The translations under genes were made by a program, and so were the position numbers. Shown here one piece after another: positions 37,618 to 51,701 of a stretch of 64,000 bases of DNA; the stretch's first letter is position 1, and every line of letters begins with the position of its first letter. The notes under the pieces were generated by a model, which was not told the DNA's origin, ran no database searches, and was given only the letters and a program-made list of their open reading frames with translations. This stretch comes from Lama guanicoe (Eukaryota), in NCBI GenBank assembly GCA_013239625.1, contig MU054391.1:7349095-7413094 (forward strand), written 5' to 3'.

Positions 37618-37786
37618 TTTTTAAAAGAACTATTTTATTTATTATTGTATTGTTTAGTTGTTTTATTTTGGTGGACAGGGGAGGTAATTAAGTTTATTTA
37701 TTTTGGGAAGAGGTACTGGGGATTGAACCTAGGACCTTCTGCATGCTAAGCATGCACCCTTACCACTTGAGCTATACTGTCTACCC
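37618..37786 (-). mobile_element. Camelid tRNA-derived SINE (Vic-1-like) with a 15-bp TSD
   Basis: TSD catgagcctactttt (37603-37617) / catgagcctcgtttt (37787-37801); tRNA-like head and 'ggaggtaatta' tail. Confidence 0.92.
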
Positions 37787-39211
37787 CATGAGCCTCGTTT
37801 TAATGGACTCTTTACCCCAAAAGACGAACAATCTGGCCCCAAGAAACACAGATTAAAGTTTGGGGACTCCCTCAGGCATCAACAAATAAAAGGGCACCTG
37901 TCTGATCCCAGGGTGACTGGTAACGTCTGGGGTAATGTCCAGGGTGGCACTGTCCATAGACAGGTGCAAAGGGATGGATGACACTCTCAAGGTCATCGAT
38001 GGTTGAGAGATCCTGAGTCCCAGGAACCAGGATTTTAAAGACCTTTCAACTTCTGACCAGTGGCTTTGCTACTGCCCTTGCCATCCCTAGAGTGTTCCCT
38101 GAAGAGTTAAGTCTGGCTTTTTGGTCTGCAGCTATTGTTCTGTAACTTCTGTTTCATATCCTCTAGAAGAAGCCCTCTCCAGCTCTCTAATCAGCTCTGA
38201 CAGCTCTGGGTGCCAAGGACCCTGGTAATTAGTCACACTGAGAAGGCATTTACATCCACTCACCTTTGGAAACTGGCATCTGGGGTCTCCTGCAGAGAAA
38301 TCTAGAGGTTGGGATTCAAAGTCGGTGATTGCTTCATCCCCCAGGATCACTGATTAGGAACAGGCTGTTCCCCCAAGACCATTTCCATTTCTGTGGCAGG
38401 CGTTGAATAGGGCTAATACATCCTAGAAATGCAAATGGCTTTAATTTGAGCAAAGTGAGTGACAGGCTAAGCTAGATTCTTACTTTTTTACCAGTTACTT
38501 CCTGCCATAATCTTTCAGGCAGATGTTTTAGACAAAAGGATAATGCCAAGTTCACATCAGGATGATAAGGGTCACAGCACTGGGTTTGCTGGTGCTACAG
38601 GCCCATTCAAAAATTCCCTCCCCCCACACCCCACATAGCAGGAGAAGTGAATAGTGGGAGGAGCGTATCCTATGGACTGCCGAGGGTGGGAGCAGTCTGC
38701 TCCCAATATAGTTTTTTGCATAAATGATGAAAATAAAGGCTTTGAAGATAACCAGCCTCAGTATAGGCTCTTTATGCACTATGAAGTGCTTTCATATTTA
38801 TCGTTTTATTTTATGAGACTCTACCCCAAAAGAAGAAATACGGCATGAAGGGCCAGTGAGAGTTTTGGCCTGGGATACACCAGGATGAACATTCTGGTTC
38901 TACTTCACCCAAAGTTACATCTCTTGGCTCAAGCAGGGAGGCCCTGCATTGGTTTTCTGTCAGAGGCCTCCATGGTGCAGATTCCAGCAGCAAGAAAGAA
39001 ATGTCAGGGGGCGTGAGGCCTTCCCTGTGCCTGCCAAAATACTCCAACCGGATAAACATTTATCCTTCCCACATACAAGGCCTTCCAAAGCACTGTAATT
39101 CCTAGAAAAACCTGGACCCTCAAAGACACCTGGTAAAGTTTCAAGTAATGATACATATATTTTAGGTATTAAAATATATTTTCTGAGAACCTGGTATCTG
39201 AAGATTGGTAG

Positions 39212-39695
39212 TGAGACAGGAGGGAAGGGGACGAGGCACGACCATTAAAAGAATGACATTGCTGTTGAGGATGTGACATAAACTGGTTAGAACCAACTAG
39301 GTCCAAGATGGCAGAAGTCTAGACTTGCAGTAAACCTTGATCCTCATTGCAGACTCATTGTAATACATTAGCATGGGAAATGACACACCCACAGGCACCA
39401 TGACAGTTTCCAGGCTGACCATAAAAGGTCAAAAAGTGGGCTGGGGGGCCCAATTCCTGGAAATCCCTGCCCATGCTTTCCAACAGTTGGAATGATCCTC
39501 CCACTTGTTAGCATGTGAAATTACCCAGCCCATAAAAACTAACTACCCCTGCTCCCTGGGGCCACTCTCCCTTCTAAAATGGACCGCATTCAATCTATGG
39601 AATGTGTCTCTCTCTAAATAAACTTGCTTTCACTGCACTATGGCTTGCTCTTGAATTCTTTCCTGTGCAAGAGAAGAACCTACTCTCTGGCAATA
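39212..39695 (+). mobile_element. ERV1 solo LTR, MER41-like, with a 4-bp TSD GTAG
   Basis: gtag at 39208-39211 and 39696-39699; 'tccaagatggc', 'cattagcatg...gacacacccacaggcaccatgacagttt', AATAAA and 'ttgaattctttcctgtgc'. Confidence 0.85.
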
Positions 39696-39815
39696 GTAGG
39701 TTATTATACTATGATCCCAAGTTTCATTATCACTCATCATTATCACTAATAGTCATAAATAGTGTTAACTGACATCATTAATATAACATTAAGGTAATCA
39801 ACTTAGCATATGTTG

Positions 39816-40313
39816 TGACAAAGACTCTCTCCTTGACCAAAGTCTAGACAGGCTTCTCTGAGCCCTTTTTTGGTTAGGCCCTGTCTGTGGACCCAGTTGT
39901 AGCAAGAATCTGCTCAGTCAGTTTAGCCAGAATCCCCCACCCTCGGTACTGATCAAATTCTTCTTCCTCTGCTGTCTACGCAGGCAGATCTGATCCTCTT
40001 GACCTGCCTTCAGCGAGAGTCCTGTTTGTTCAGTCTAGGGAGAACCCCTGTACCCTTGATGTCTCCTCTCACTAGCTTTCCTGGCCTGGATCCCCAGACC
40101 TACTCCTTGGCTATTCATCCCCACTTGTCCTTCTTGTGTTTGGAATTGAGCCCAGTTCTATGGTAAAGTCTCTTCCCGCCTCTTGCAATAGTTCTTTTTT
40201 TGTTTTGTTTTGTTTTGTTTTATTTTGTTTTGTTTTGTTTTGTTTTTAATAGTTCTTGAATAAAATTTGTTTTTACCACTTTAACTGTTGTCCAGCTCTA
40301 GTTTTCTTTAGTA
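39816..40313 (+). mobile_element. ERV1 solo LTR, MER31-like
   Basis: 'tgacaaagactctctccttgaccaaa...gcaagaatc...cagtttagccagaatccccca'; flanks gttg / attg. Confidence 0.88.
40197..40247 (-). repeat. (TTTTG)n tract flanked by the 10-bp direct repeat aatagttctt
   Basis: Direct repeats at 40187-40196 and 40248-40257. Confidence 0.9.
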
Positions 40314-41479
40314 ATTGTCACTACTGATGCTACTGATGCTAGCTGACATCCCTATGACATGTCACAATTTATAAAGCATTTTCATAGCATTGTCTAATTT
40401 AAGCCACGCAGCTTTCCGGGTGAGGATTCCTTTCTGTATATCCATGTTGGCTTGTTTGTGGACATTCATCAAGTAAAATGTGTAGGTAAGAGTTGAACCT
40501 AGGTATCTCTTTAAATCCTTTATTCTTTCAATGTTGACTAAAACAATGAGACTATTTTATTTTATTTTTTTTATTTTGTATCTCCTAATAACTAGGGGCT
40601 GGATGGCCTCTGGAGATTCTGAGGGAAATGATGACAAAAATAAAAGGGCTAACGTCTTTGCAGTGCTTTGCAGTTTACAAAACCCTTTTGCAAACACATC
40701 TTTACAGGGGATTCTGTGAAGGAACCACGTCCTATTGTTTTACAAATGAAGAATGAGGAGTCTCAGGAGTTAAGTAACATGGTGACAGCGGCGGAGTTAA
40801 TGTGCTGCTGGGTCCTATGACTTTAGGAGCGTGCTCTATTAAACCATGCTCCTCCCCAGATAAGGTCCATCACTTTAGATTAGAATGGAGGGACAAAAGA
40901 AGTTTTAGCAGATTTTTTAAAAATGAGAAACTAAAATTGAAACAAAACAATGCAATTGTCCACACCAGGGGTAGAGTTACTTGGAAATGTCAACTCTCTG
41001 GTCATCTTCCCTCAGCTTCCTCCAGCCTTATGCGGATGTTGGCTTTTCTTTGAAATTTTTATTTGCATCTTTTATGGTAGAAACAATCAGCCTGTCCCTG
41101 GTGATTTCTCTCTCATGCTTCTAGACACACAAGCTTTTCTGACTCCAGGGTTTAATCTTTACATACATTCTCACACTGGGTTTTAGAATCCAGTTGGTTT
41201 TATCTCTACAGTATCATGGGGCGAATGTATTAAGAAATAAATGTATGTTTTCTAATGGTCTATTGTTGTGTCTGTTCCAAACCAAATACCAGAGCCAACC
41301 CTAGTATGTGAGGGACACACATGGCCTAAATAACTGGATGCGTTGTTACCATGGATACAGACTAGCCTCATATTTGCACAGATTCATCTTATCAAATACA
41401 GACAAAACTGTAGTCAGTATGTGCCCCTCAAATAAGGAGCAACACGTGGAAGCTATTTTTCTCCCAATAGAAACGTCTT

Positions 41480-42200
41480 TACTGTTTATCGTACTATTAA
41501 CGTATATCTACTAACCATTTGAAAAAATCAAACAGTACAGAAATATATAAAAAATAAAATAAAAGCCCTCTCTGAGCTACTTCCCTGAGAAAGCGATTGG
41601 TAACAGTCTGGCAAATAGCCTTTTAGCTTTTAAGTTCTTTTGGTAAGTGTAAATACATATATATGAAAATTACATTATTTGCAATAGAATTGGAGACATA
41701 TATACCAGCCTGTGATTTACGGTTTAAATTTGACAATGTATCAAGAAAAGCTCTCACTTCTATTTATATATCTGTCTACATACCCATATATTTATACATT
41801 TCTCAGTATTTGTATCTATATATTTGTATCTATATCTGTATCTAATCTTTTTAATGTATAGATACTATTTTACTGCCTGGATGTACTATAATTTATTTAA
41901 TTAATCCCAGTTAAATTTGGACAGTTTGGATTTTCTCAGTCTTCCACTATTAAAAATAATGATGCAGTAAATATACTTTATATATACATTTGAACAATTA
42001 TTCATTTACTTCCTTAGGCAAAAATTCCTCTAAATGGAATTGCTAGGGTATTTCTGATTTTGATGCATATTGCCAAGCTGTCCTCCAGTAAAGCTTTGCC
42101 AATGTACAACTTCCATCAGCGGAGTTTGTGGGCTTCCCTCTCTACTCCCCCTTGACAATGCTGAGTATCATCAATCTTTGAAATCTTTTGCTGTAGATTT
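41480..42200 (-). mobile_element. Old L1 (L1ME/MC) 3' region
   Basis: 'caaacagtacagaaatatata...ggatgtactataatttatttaa...atggaattgctaggg...catattgccaagctgtcctccag'. Confidence 0.75.
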
Positions 42201-44250
42201 TTTAACTTAATATAATCCTACCCGAGCTCTAACATTTTCCCCTTCAGAAGATAATACAATTAAAAGTGTAAAAAATAGAGTCAGCCGTGGTGATAAATCT
42301 AAATATAATGTCAGTTAGAGCTATGCCGAGTGAGCTTGAGATGGTCAACGATGAATCATAAAAAGCTGTTAGAAACACGCACAGATGAGATGTTTTGAAA
42401 ATTCTTTCATCTGATTAGACAATGGCAGCAGTAGGAAAGTTACAAAGGCTCCCTGCAACACGCAACGTGACATTCAACTTGACTTTACAAAGCAAGCAGG
42501 AGGGCACTGAGCTGTTAGGATGGCATTTAACACAAAGAAAAGAAGAGGGGCCCTACGCTTCGTCCAGTGTACTTTCTTCTTCTGGTCCTAATTATGGCAC
42601 AGCTGTACACCTCCTTGTCGGTCTGCCTGTCCTTCCACTGTTACTCTGTTTGTCCTCCATCTCTCCATCCATCTGTCCATCATTCAATAAACACTTCCAT
42701 GTGCACTGTGTTTATGGAGTCAACACTCAGTGTCACTCTCTGTGCCTGGGGTCCTCAGAGCCTTGTGACTCTCCATCTCACAGCAGCTCTGCGTGTTGCA
42801 CGCCTGTGTCAGGTTTCATTCTGTAAACAAGGTCAGACCTCAGGGAGGCCAGGTGACCATCGCTGCCCTGGGACCCACATCCTATTATCTTCATATCACA
42901 GCCAAATGAAGGATGCTTGTGTTCCCACTCTCACATGTCAATCCTAGGGAAGGAACTAACAAGCCTTGCTTGGGACATGGCTCCATCCTAGACTAGTTCT
43001 CTCTGGACAAAAAATGGAGCATTTTCATTGGCTAACCTGGATCCTGTGCCCAGCTCTGCTCTGGGAGGGACAGGCACTGGGTGATATAATTGACAGGAAA
43101 AGGGGGGATGGGTAATCCTGTTAGAAAAAACAGAGCTTCTGCTGTTTTCTCTGAGAGGGAGGTGGTGATAAAGATGTGGGTGGATTTTGTCAGGCTGGAG
43201 GATGTGACTTGTCATGGGATGTAGCAGACTGTGAGACAGGTGAGGCAGTCAGGAGCTGGACTCTCAGAGGCCTTGCATGGCACCCTCAGGTGTTTGAGTT
43301 TCATCTTGTTGGAAGGTGATAGGAGAGAAAGCCCGAATCCTGGAGCACAGGCTTGGGAGTCGGGATCTGGGCTGGGCAGAGGGGCGGGCTGATGCCAGAC
43401 CACTTTAGAAACTGATGCAATTGTCTGGGTGAAATGAGAGATGATGTCCCTGGGAGGGGCACAGGCATTTAGGTGGGAGGCTCGATAGGTAACTGATGTA
43501 AGAAAGTAGGGAGACAGGGAGTCTTTGAGGAGAAGAAAGGTCATGTGCGGAACAATAAAAGGAATTTCCCATTTCCTTGAGGAATTTCAGACTCAGGACT
43601 GGGCCTCCCACATCACCAGAGCCTTGAGGTCATCTGCCAAGGAGTTGCTGCCTAACTTTCCATGAGCTCTCTCTCTCCTCGGGCTGGCCTGCTGTGACAT
43701 GGTGGCCATTTCTTAGCCTCTGCCCCACCTCATTCTTGTCTCTGGCCTCCGATGTGCCTTGCACCCTGCTCAGCTCTAGTTCAGCCTCATCTTGGGCCTT
43801 TGCAGTCTTTGCCTTGGACTTGAATGAGCACCTTCATTCCTCTTTATTGTCCTATTCTCCTTGACGATGTTGTAACAACCGTCATGGGACTTACTAAGAT
43901 TATAAGAAAATTAGGGTGTCCATCAGAATGCTGGGTGAAGGATCGTGTTGTGTTCGAATCAGTACGAGGCTCTTCTCCTTCTGGTGCATTCGTTAAGCAG
44001 CCACTTGGGGCCAGGCACTCTGCTGCCACTTTGCACATCTTGTCTCATGAATTACCCAGCAGCCTTGGATGTCTTTATTTGCTCAGGCAACAGATACGTG
44101 TTGAACACCTGTTATGTGCCCTGCACGTAATTTCAGAGTCTGGAACCACGGTAGTGGATCCTGCCCTTATGAAGATGGCAGTCTAGCAGCGGAAACAGAC
44201 CACTAATGATTAAATATACAGGCATGTGATATAATTTGGGATAGTGGTGA

Positions 44251-44710
44251 ATTTTTTTTAACTGAAGTATATAGTCAGTTTTACAATGTTGTGTTAATTT
44301 CTGGTGTACAGCATAGTGATTCAGTTATACATATATAGATTCCTTTTCATATTCTTTTTCATTACAGGCTATTATAAGATACTGAATATAGTTCCCTGTG
44401 CTATACAGTAGGACCTTGTCTATCTATTTTATATATAGTAGTTAGTATCTGCAAATCCCAAATTCCCAATTTAGCGCTCCACCTCCCCCTTTCCCCTGGT
44501 AACCATGCGTTTGTTTTTTATGTCTGTGAGTCTGTTTCTATTTTGTAATTAAGTTCATTTGTGTCATTTTTTTTAGATTCCACATATAAGTGATATCATA
44601 TGGTATTTTTCTTTCTTTCTAGCTTACTTCACATAGAATGACGTTCTCCATTTCCATTCATGTTGCTGCAAATGGCATTATTTTATTCTTTTTTTTAATG
44701 GCTGAATAGT
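44251..44710 (-). mobile_element. Young L1 3' UTR fragment inside L2
   Basis: Poly(T) then 'ctggtgtacagcatagtgattcag...ttagattccacatataagtgatatc...tgttgctgcaaatggcatt'. Confidence 0.92.
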
Positions 44711-46018
44711 CTGAAATCTTGCTTAACTTGTGCTGGGAGACCGCAGCTGAGGTCTGAGCAGAGGAGAGCCCTGACCTGCAATTTACATGTTTCAGATGAT
44801 TATGTGGATCTCGTGGGGAGAACAGTTGAGAGGTGGGGCAGGGTGAGGAACTGGAGAAGTAGTAAGAGCAGACAGAGCTGTTAAAGGCTGTCCCAGTTGC
44901 CCAGACAAGAGAGAGGATGGGGCTTTTATTGCATGCATTTAATAGATGAGGAAATTGTAGCTCTTAGAATTTATACTATTATCATAGCTTCTCTAGCCTT
45001 GATAACAGTTTTAGGATCTGAATTGATAGTTTTTGATCCAATAGAAATGAGAGTCTAAATGACTTGTTCAAGAGCAAAATGGCAATTAAAGGACAAGATC
45101 CAGTAGCCGAGTCAGGTCTGCCTGGCTCTGAGGCCTGGACTCTTGCCTCAGAGCTAGAAGGCGTTTCACGTTGCAACACGAGCTGATTTCAGTGAATCGT
45201 TTTCCATTAAAGACATCAGTTTGATTGATAATATTAATCAAAAAAGAAATAAGAGAATACTCTCTCCTTTTTGTTTTTACTATCAGCTAACTCATTACTT
45301 CATTTTCAGATACTGGAGTTAAAAAATTCATTTTACAGAAAAAAATTAAGTGTGATAACCAAGAAAAGTCACTTATTGGAATAACTGAAACAGTAACTAA
45401 TATCTCTCATCAAAGAAGATTGAATCTCTAATTCTGAATATTAAAAAACCCTGATTTAATATCTCATTTATTTAATGTTCATGATGTTTCATATACTATG
45501 TCTTTTGCATATATTATAGCTAATCCTTAATATAAGACTTTAGGCCTAAAGTCTTGTATTACTTCCCTTAATTTATTGGTAAACAAAAATCAGGCTTGCA
45601 GAGTTTAAATCATTTGCCTACAATCATAAAACTGGAAATTGGCAAAATAGGAATTAATTCAAAACTCTGAACTCTCTGTGTCGGGGGGAGGGAGCTGGTT
45701 GTGGCTGGGGCCCAGCAGTGTAGCCCCTTGAAGCTCCCTGACCCCCATGCCCCTTCCACCCATTCACTGAATAACAAGTCCGGGAGGAAAGCCACGGGGA
45801 AGGCTCAGTGCTGCTGGAGAAGCCAGTCATGGTCTCGAGAGGCTTTTGTAGGTTTAAGTCAGGTTGGTTGAGTTGTGTGGTGTTTTCTTTGATCTGGAAA
45901 TTGTTACTATCCTATCATGACATTGGTTTGCACTGAAATCACTATAGTGAAAAGTTAAATAGACCTTTTAAAAAAATCACACAGCAGGTAAAGAAGACAT
46001 TTAAACAGAGTAGGTGGG

Positions 46019-46044
46019 GTGTGTGTGTGTGTGTGTGTGTGTGT
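46019..46044 (+). repeat. (GT)n microsatellite
   Basis: Directly visible. Confidence 0.95.
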
Positions 46045-49000
46045 AAACAATTTTTATTCTCAAATTCCCTTACTGTAGACAAAAAAGGTTGAAACATGGA
46101 AGGAAAAAAAATCCACTTTACATTGTAAATTGTTTACTTGTCTTTCTAATTCTCCCTTTCTTCTTTATTTCCTTCCTTCACCCTTGTTGAAATAATTTTA
46201 GTTTCCAAACTAAGATCTTTGTTGTTCTTTGTGTTGTTGATATTCTTGTGAATAATTAGGCTTGTCTGGGGAAGCGGGAACATTGTCTGAACTGTCACAG
46301 TTTAGTAGTTGGAAAGGATAGAATTTTTCTTCTCATCTATCATTCACGGTTTGTTGCTGTGAGTTCACAAAGCCAGGAGCTTTCAAAAAGTGGAAAGTAA
46401 TAATGGGGAAGTAAGCAGAAGGATGCCAGCGTTCTGCAAGAGGAGTCCATCATCCTGCTGCCCATCCACGTGGCACTGGCACACTCCCTCTTCTGGCGGG
46501 TTAGACGCAGAAAATGAGTCAGTACTTTTCCGTAGAAAACTCTGTATTACTAGTGAGGGGTTGAGCACAGGCAGCTGACATATCTGCTTTTCTTAGCAAC
46601 GGGAGGCCTTTGCATTTGTAGAGAGAGGAAAATCCTCCAGAGAACATTACCGGTTTGGAGCATCTCAAAGAGCTTGCCAGGTCAGATCTGGTTTATGGAA
46701 CTAATCATACTCATTCTCTCCTTCTCACAAGTCGATTTCAAAGCAAACAAGATGCCAGTAAAGAATGAGTGGAAAATTATAAACTGTTACATACATAGAG
46801 TAGATGAACTGCATGAGATACTGAAAACTAAATGGTTAACTTTTTGAGAGAGCCATGGGGCGTGGCTCACAGATTCCTTAGGAGCTCTGTGCCCATTTCC
46901 CGTGTGCTGTGAACATCTGGAATGGGCCACCCTCCCCGTTCCAAACTACAAGACCTGGTTACCCTGATGCACTAAGTCAATGGACAACCTGACTGATCCG
47001 CTGGACCTGAGCTCCACTGTCCTTGTCTCCTCTATGTCTTTATCTGTTATGTGCCTGATCTTGGCTCTTTCAATTTATCTTATTTGAATTTGGTGACCTA
47101 GATTCCAAACTGACCCACTCAATTCTCAACCATCTCTGTGTTCAGACCAGGCTCTAATTCTGAGAGTCCCTCAGCTTAGGCAGCCATGTCTTGTTCCATA
47201 GCTGTGAATAAGCTGTGCCCTGTCCTTGGTCCCCTCCTCACCTAATCTTGGTTGGATCAGTAGAGAGGTAAGAGTAAGAGTCAATGATCTTGGGACCCAC
47301 ATAGACAAAAGGCTACATCTCTATCTTGTTTATAGTTTTTATATCCACACATTTCCCCCCATATCTTGATCTCTTTGAGATTTGTCCTCGTGATCCATTT
47401 TCTCATATTAAGCCTTGTCTTATCCTTTAGGCCTGATGTGTGACACTGGCTCGGGCTAGAACTTCTTTCCCTTATCAGCTCTAACTTGGTTTCTCCTCTG
47501 TTCTGGGAAACCACCTTCCCAGTTCTGCTGAACTTCCCAGACTTCATTCCTTGACATTCTCTCCAAGGCTGCTGCCAACTTTGGATTCACCCTGGAGTGC
47601 AAAAGGAACATCATCTTCTATTCTTTGTGCAGTCACATGCACAGCATCTAATAGGCCTGGGAATGCAGTGTATTAAGTACAAAGGAGACAGAAATCATGG
47701 GCTGAATGAGAAATCGTTTTATGGCACATTGTCCTGCCAGAGGCGACCAAGTACACAAGGAAAGTTGGCTTGGGTGAAGTAGACAAATCTTTAGTGATTA
47801 GCTGACATTCATGTTAGACCCGATATTGTTCTGCTTTATATTGTCATTAGTTGTATGCATGTTAATCATTGGACTGTGTTCCTCATCAGTAAAACGGAGA
47901 TAATAATAATAGTATCTCCTAACCAACATTTCTTGACCAAGATTATTGACGTGTCCTTTAGGGAGGAAATCCCCTTGTCAAAATGAACACATAAATGAAA
48001 CCTATGAAGGTAATTAAAGAGATATTCAATAGTCTATCACTAAAATTACAGTATCATGAGTCTCATTCATTAGGCTATGGGTTCAGATGTCCCACCAATA
48101 AACCTACATTATGACCTTGAAAGAGCAAATGAGGCAAAAATAAATATTTTTATGTATTGATACTTCACCTTGGAGTGATTTTGTAGATTTTTACCTATCT
48201 TCAAGCATTCATTATACTTTATACATTCTTTTTAATCATTTATGAATCTTTACAGAAGTTTTCATGGGAAACTTTCATTTTAGTTTATTTTTCTAAGCCT
48301 GTGGTTAGGCTTTCTCTTTAAATCTACATCAGACACTACTTTCACGAGAGCTTTAATTATGACTTCAGAAGTCCTGTCAAATGGTGGCAATATAATGTCA
48401 TGCGGTAGCAAAACTTATGTTCACACTAGGTAAAAGTGTTTTAAAATAAAATAGACATAGTTTAATGTGGTGAAAACCAAATAAGTAAAATAGGCATAAT
48501 ATCTGATAAATTTTAAATTAAAATATATTTTAGTAAATGAGCTTAGAGAATGGACAAATTACTTTAAAATGTATTTTAAGAAAATCAATGTGGAGTGGCA
48601 AGAAATGATCAACATTTGAAGTGATTCTCAGCATCTACTTCTGAAAATTGTTTGCTTAGATAAAAATGAGAAATGCCATCTGATTTTTAGAAAAGTGAAG
48701 GCTAGCATAATTGAAGATAAATTAGAAATAAAGAAAAGTGTGCAAAATAAGAATAAATTCTGTAACAATATAAAAGTCTCATGGAATTAATGAAAGAGTA
48801 AAATACATTCTGAGAAATGGATTAAATGCTAGAAGATTTATACAAAGCTTGAGTACTGGCCCTTTGTGTACAAAAATTGCCAACATATGAGAAGATTTTG
48901 CCTGAGAAAACATCATTTTGGTCAATTTATTTTTTGACAAATCTATTCTTTAATTGTCATCAGCTGTCAGAAAAACATGTGTGTCTTACTGCAGAATTCA

Positions 49001-49454
49001 GTCTAGTGATAATCACAAACAGCACTGTCACCCTCCAGAGCAGTATTAGACCGGGATAGACCCTGGTGTCACAGAGAGCTCGGGAGACCACAGAACCAGT
49101 TCCCAGGGATCCATAGCTCCTCAGAGCTCTGTTCCTTTCCTGCAAAGTGCGGAAAATGACATGAAATGACATATTTGAAAATTATTTGTAAATGTAAAGC
49201 TTCAGTCAAATGTATAGGAATGTTTTAATATGCTATTATTACCATTATTTTTTAAATGAAAGAAGCACTTCATAGCAGCTGCTAATGGAAGCACAGATTT
49301 GCGTGTAGTATTGAAAGTAATCTCAATGAAATTTCTAAACTCTCTGCAGTTTCCGCATCTTGTTCTAGTTTTCTGTTCACTGGCACTGGTTACATAGATG
49401 CCTTCTGTGTATCTTTGGCTAAAATGCTTGATTCAATGGACTCTTCGGCTCATT

Positions 49455-49800
49455 CTTTGATTCATTCATTGACTCATCCATTTATTGGTTTGTTTAACAT
49501 TTAGTAAATGCCTGGGTGGGCCAGACACTGAGCTAGGTGCTGTGGATTTAGGCATAAAATAAATGGTCCCTATCCTTACAGAGCTCACATTTATTACGAG
49601 TGACAAATGAAGAAACAGGGAACCAAGATGCATTGCAGCCATGCCGTGACAACAGCCGGCACGTGGCCTCCGGCAGGAGAGCAGCAGCATTTAACTCAGC
49701 TGCAAAGAGCAGAGAAAGACTCTTGGAGGAGACGGCAACTAGGCGTCTGAACTAGCTCTTAAAGAACAATGAGGCATTAGCTCGGGAAGGGAGGGGTCAG
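49455..49800 (-). mobile_element. L2 3' region
   Basis: 'cattcattgactcatcc...ccagacactgagctaggtgctgtgga...ggtccctatccttacagagctcaca'. Confidence 0.8.
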
Positions 49801-51701
49801 GAGAGGAACATGTGATTTTTCTAATATGCAACTCTCACAGCGTCTTGTGCTAGCTTAGTCTCAATGTTTGTTGAATGGAATTGAGTCACCTTTAAGGCAA
49901 AAGTATTTTTTTTAAGTGTTTACGGAGTGGTGCATGGCATCTGAAACATAGAAAAGAGCTCCTCGGGTAATCACTTCTTTTTCATACAGCGCAGTTTAAT
50001 AATTGTGCTCATTCTCAAAGCAGCTCATAAATATATTACCACTTCAGACCCACTGCTTCAAAATGCATAAATGAAAATTTTGATCAGTGTTTTCTTCCTT
50101 ACTGTCAATATTTTAAGTTCCAACATTAGTATACTGATTTCTCTTTTATTAATGCCAAAGTGAGCACTGAAAATAATAGGCTTTACTTTATTGATTTCAG
50201 AGAAACTAGAGAAATGTAGAAATACTGAGTTAAAAAAATAACTAAATAAAATAAGCTTTTGCCTCCTGTGGGATGCTGTATCTTAATCTGAAATAGTACG
50301 TGAATACCAATGTTATATTTGCTTATATTAAACAAAGAAAAGCATATGACATCTGTTACAGGACTGGAGTCATGTTGCAACTGGATCTTGAAGTGTGTTT
50401 GGAAAATGTCATTGATGGAGAGGAAGCAGGAAGGGCTACAAAAATGTTGGGAAGAATATTGACATCGGAAACAGTGGTACTAGATTCCAAGGTTGTGCAA
50501 ATGAAGGCAGTAGGGAGGGAGGGAGGGCAAATACTAATTGAACGCTTACGATGTCTCTGATCACGGCATTCTCTTCTCCTCATTTCACAGATGAGAAACC
50601 CAAGGCTCAGCCATGTGGAAGGACTTGCCCTCGATCACAGAGTTTTGTAATTATCAAGACTGGAGTTCAGTCTCAGATTTGTCAGACTCCTGATCCCAGG
50701 CAGTTTTTGCTATGCCATTTCACTGAATTGAAAGAAAACAGAGTAGAATGGAAACAAGTGTTCTGAAGAGGAAGAGAGAATAGGTGTTTTAACCAGAAAG
50801 CTGTGATCATTTCAATTAAATGGGAGGCAAGTCCTATTAAGGATGAAAGGAGAGGTTTTGGGGGGCAAAATCCACCCTGCATTTGGGCTTCAGGTGAACT
50901 AAATTGTGATGATCACTTGGATTTTATTGAAAATATTCATTTTACTAAAAAAAATTAAAGAGAAAGTTTTTTAGGATGTGAGTTTTGATTTTGGTTTGAA
51001 AAACGTGGCCACCATGAAACAACTATCTTTGGGATAGAAAGTCATTGACAAGTGGGTGATTCATCCAGTGGGTTCCTGATTGCGCGCGTGCGTGCGCCTG
51101 TGTGAATGAGGCTCTACCTTTTCTCAAACAGTGCCACCTCAGCAGTGCCTGCAGACCTGACTAATAATCTCTTTCTTTCCATAAGCCCTCACCCTCTTTG
51201 CTACTAATGAAGCCTACAGGTCCACTGTTCTCTTTCCTTTTAGACAGCTGGCCCTGTACAAGGTAGTTTAATCATTGCCCTCTGATAATACTGGTAATGA
51301 CTCCATGAATATGTCTCTTGAAGAAAACGACATTTTACCTGCAAACTTCTAGGGGACGAAATAGAAAGCTATGAATCCCGAATGGCTCAAGCCAGGGGAA
51401 CTGAGTTAATGGAGTAAAGGGAGCTGTTCTGGAAGCCCCCGTGTTGTGCCAGAGAGGTGGGGATGAATACAGACCGGAAGAGCAGTGCGTGACCAAGGCT
51501 CCCTGTGTGGTCAGAAATCTCCCCAGTATCCCTCAAAGCTCCAGAATGTCCACCACTGGAGATGAACTCTCTCGGACTTGAGTATTCAAGTGCTCTTCAG
51601 GACAGTACACCTTGGAGTGAGGTTAGGTTTTAAGCTGCTATCAGTGAGGGTGTTACTGTTCAGAGAAGGGAGGAAGGAGAGGAGAGGGCCGAAGGGCTCA
51701 C

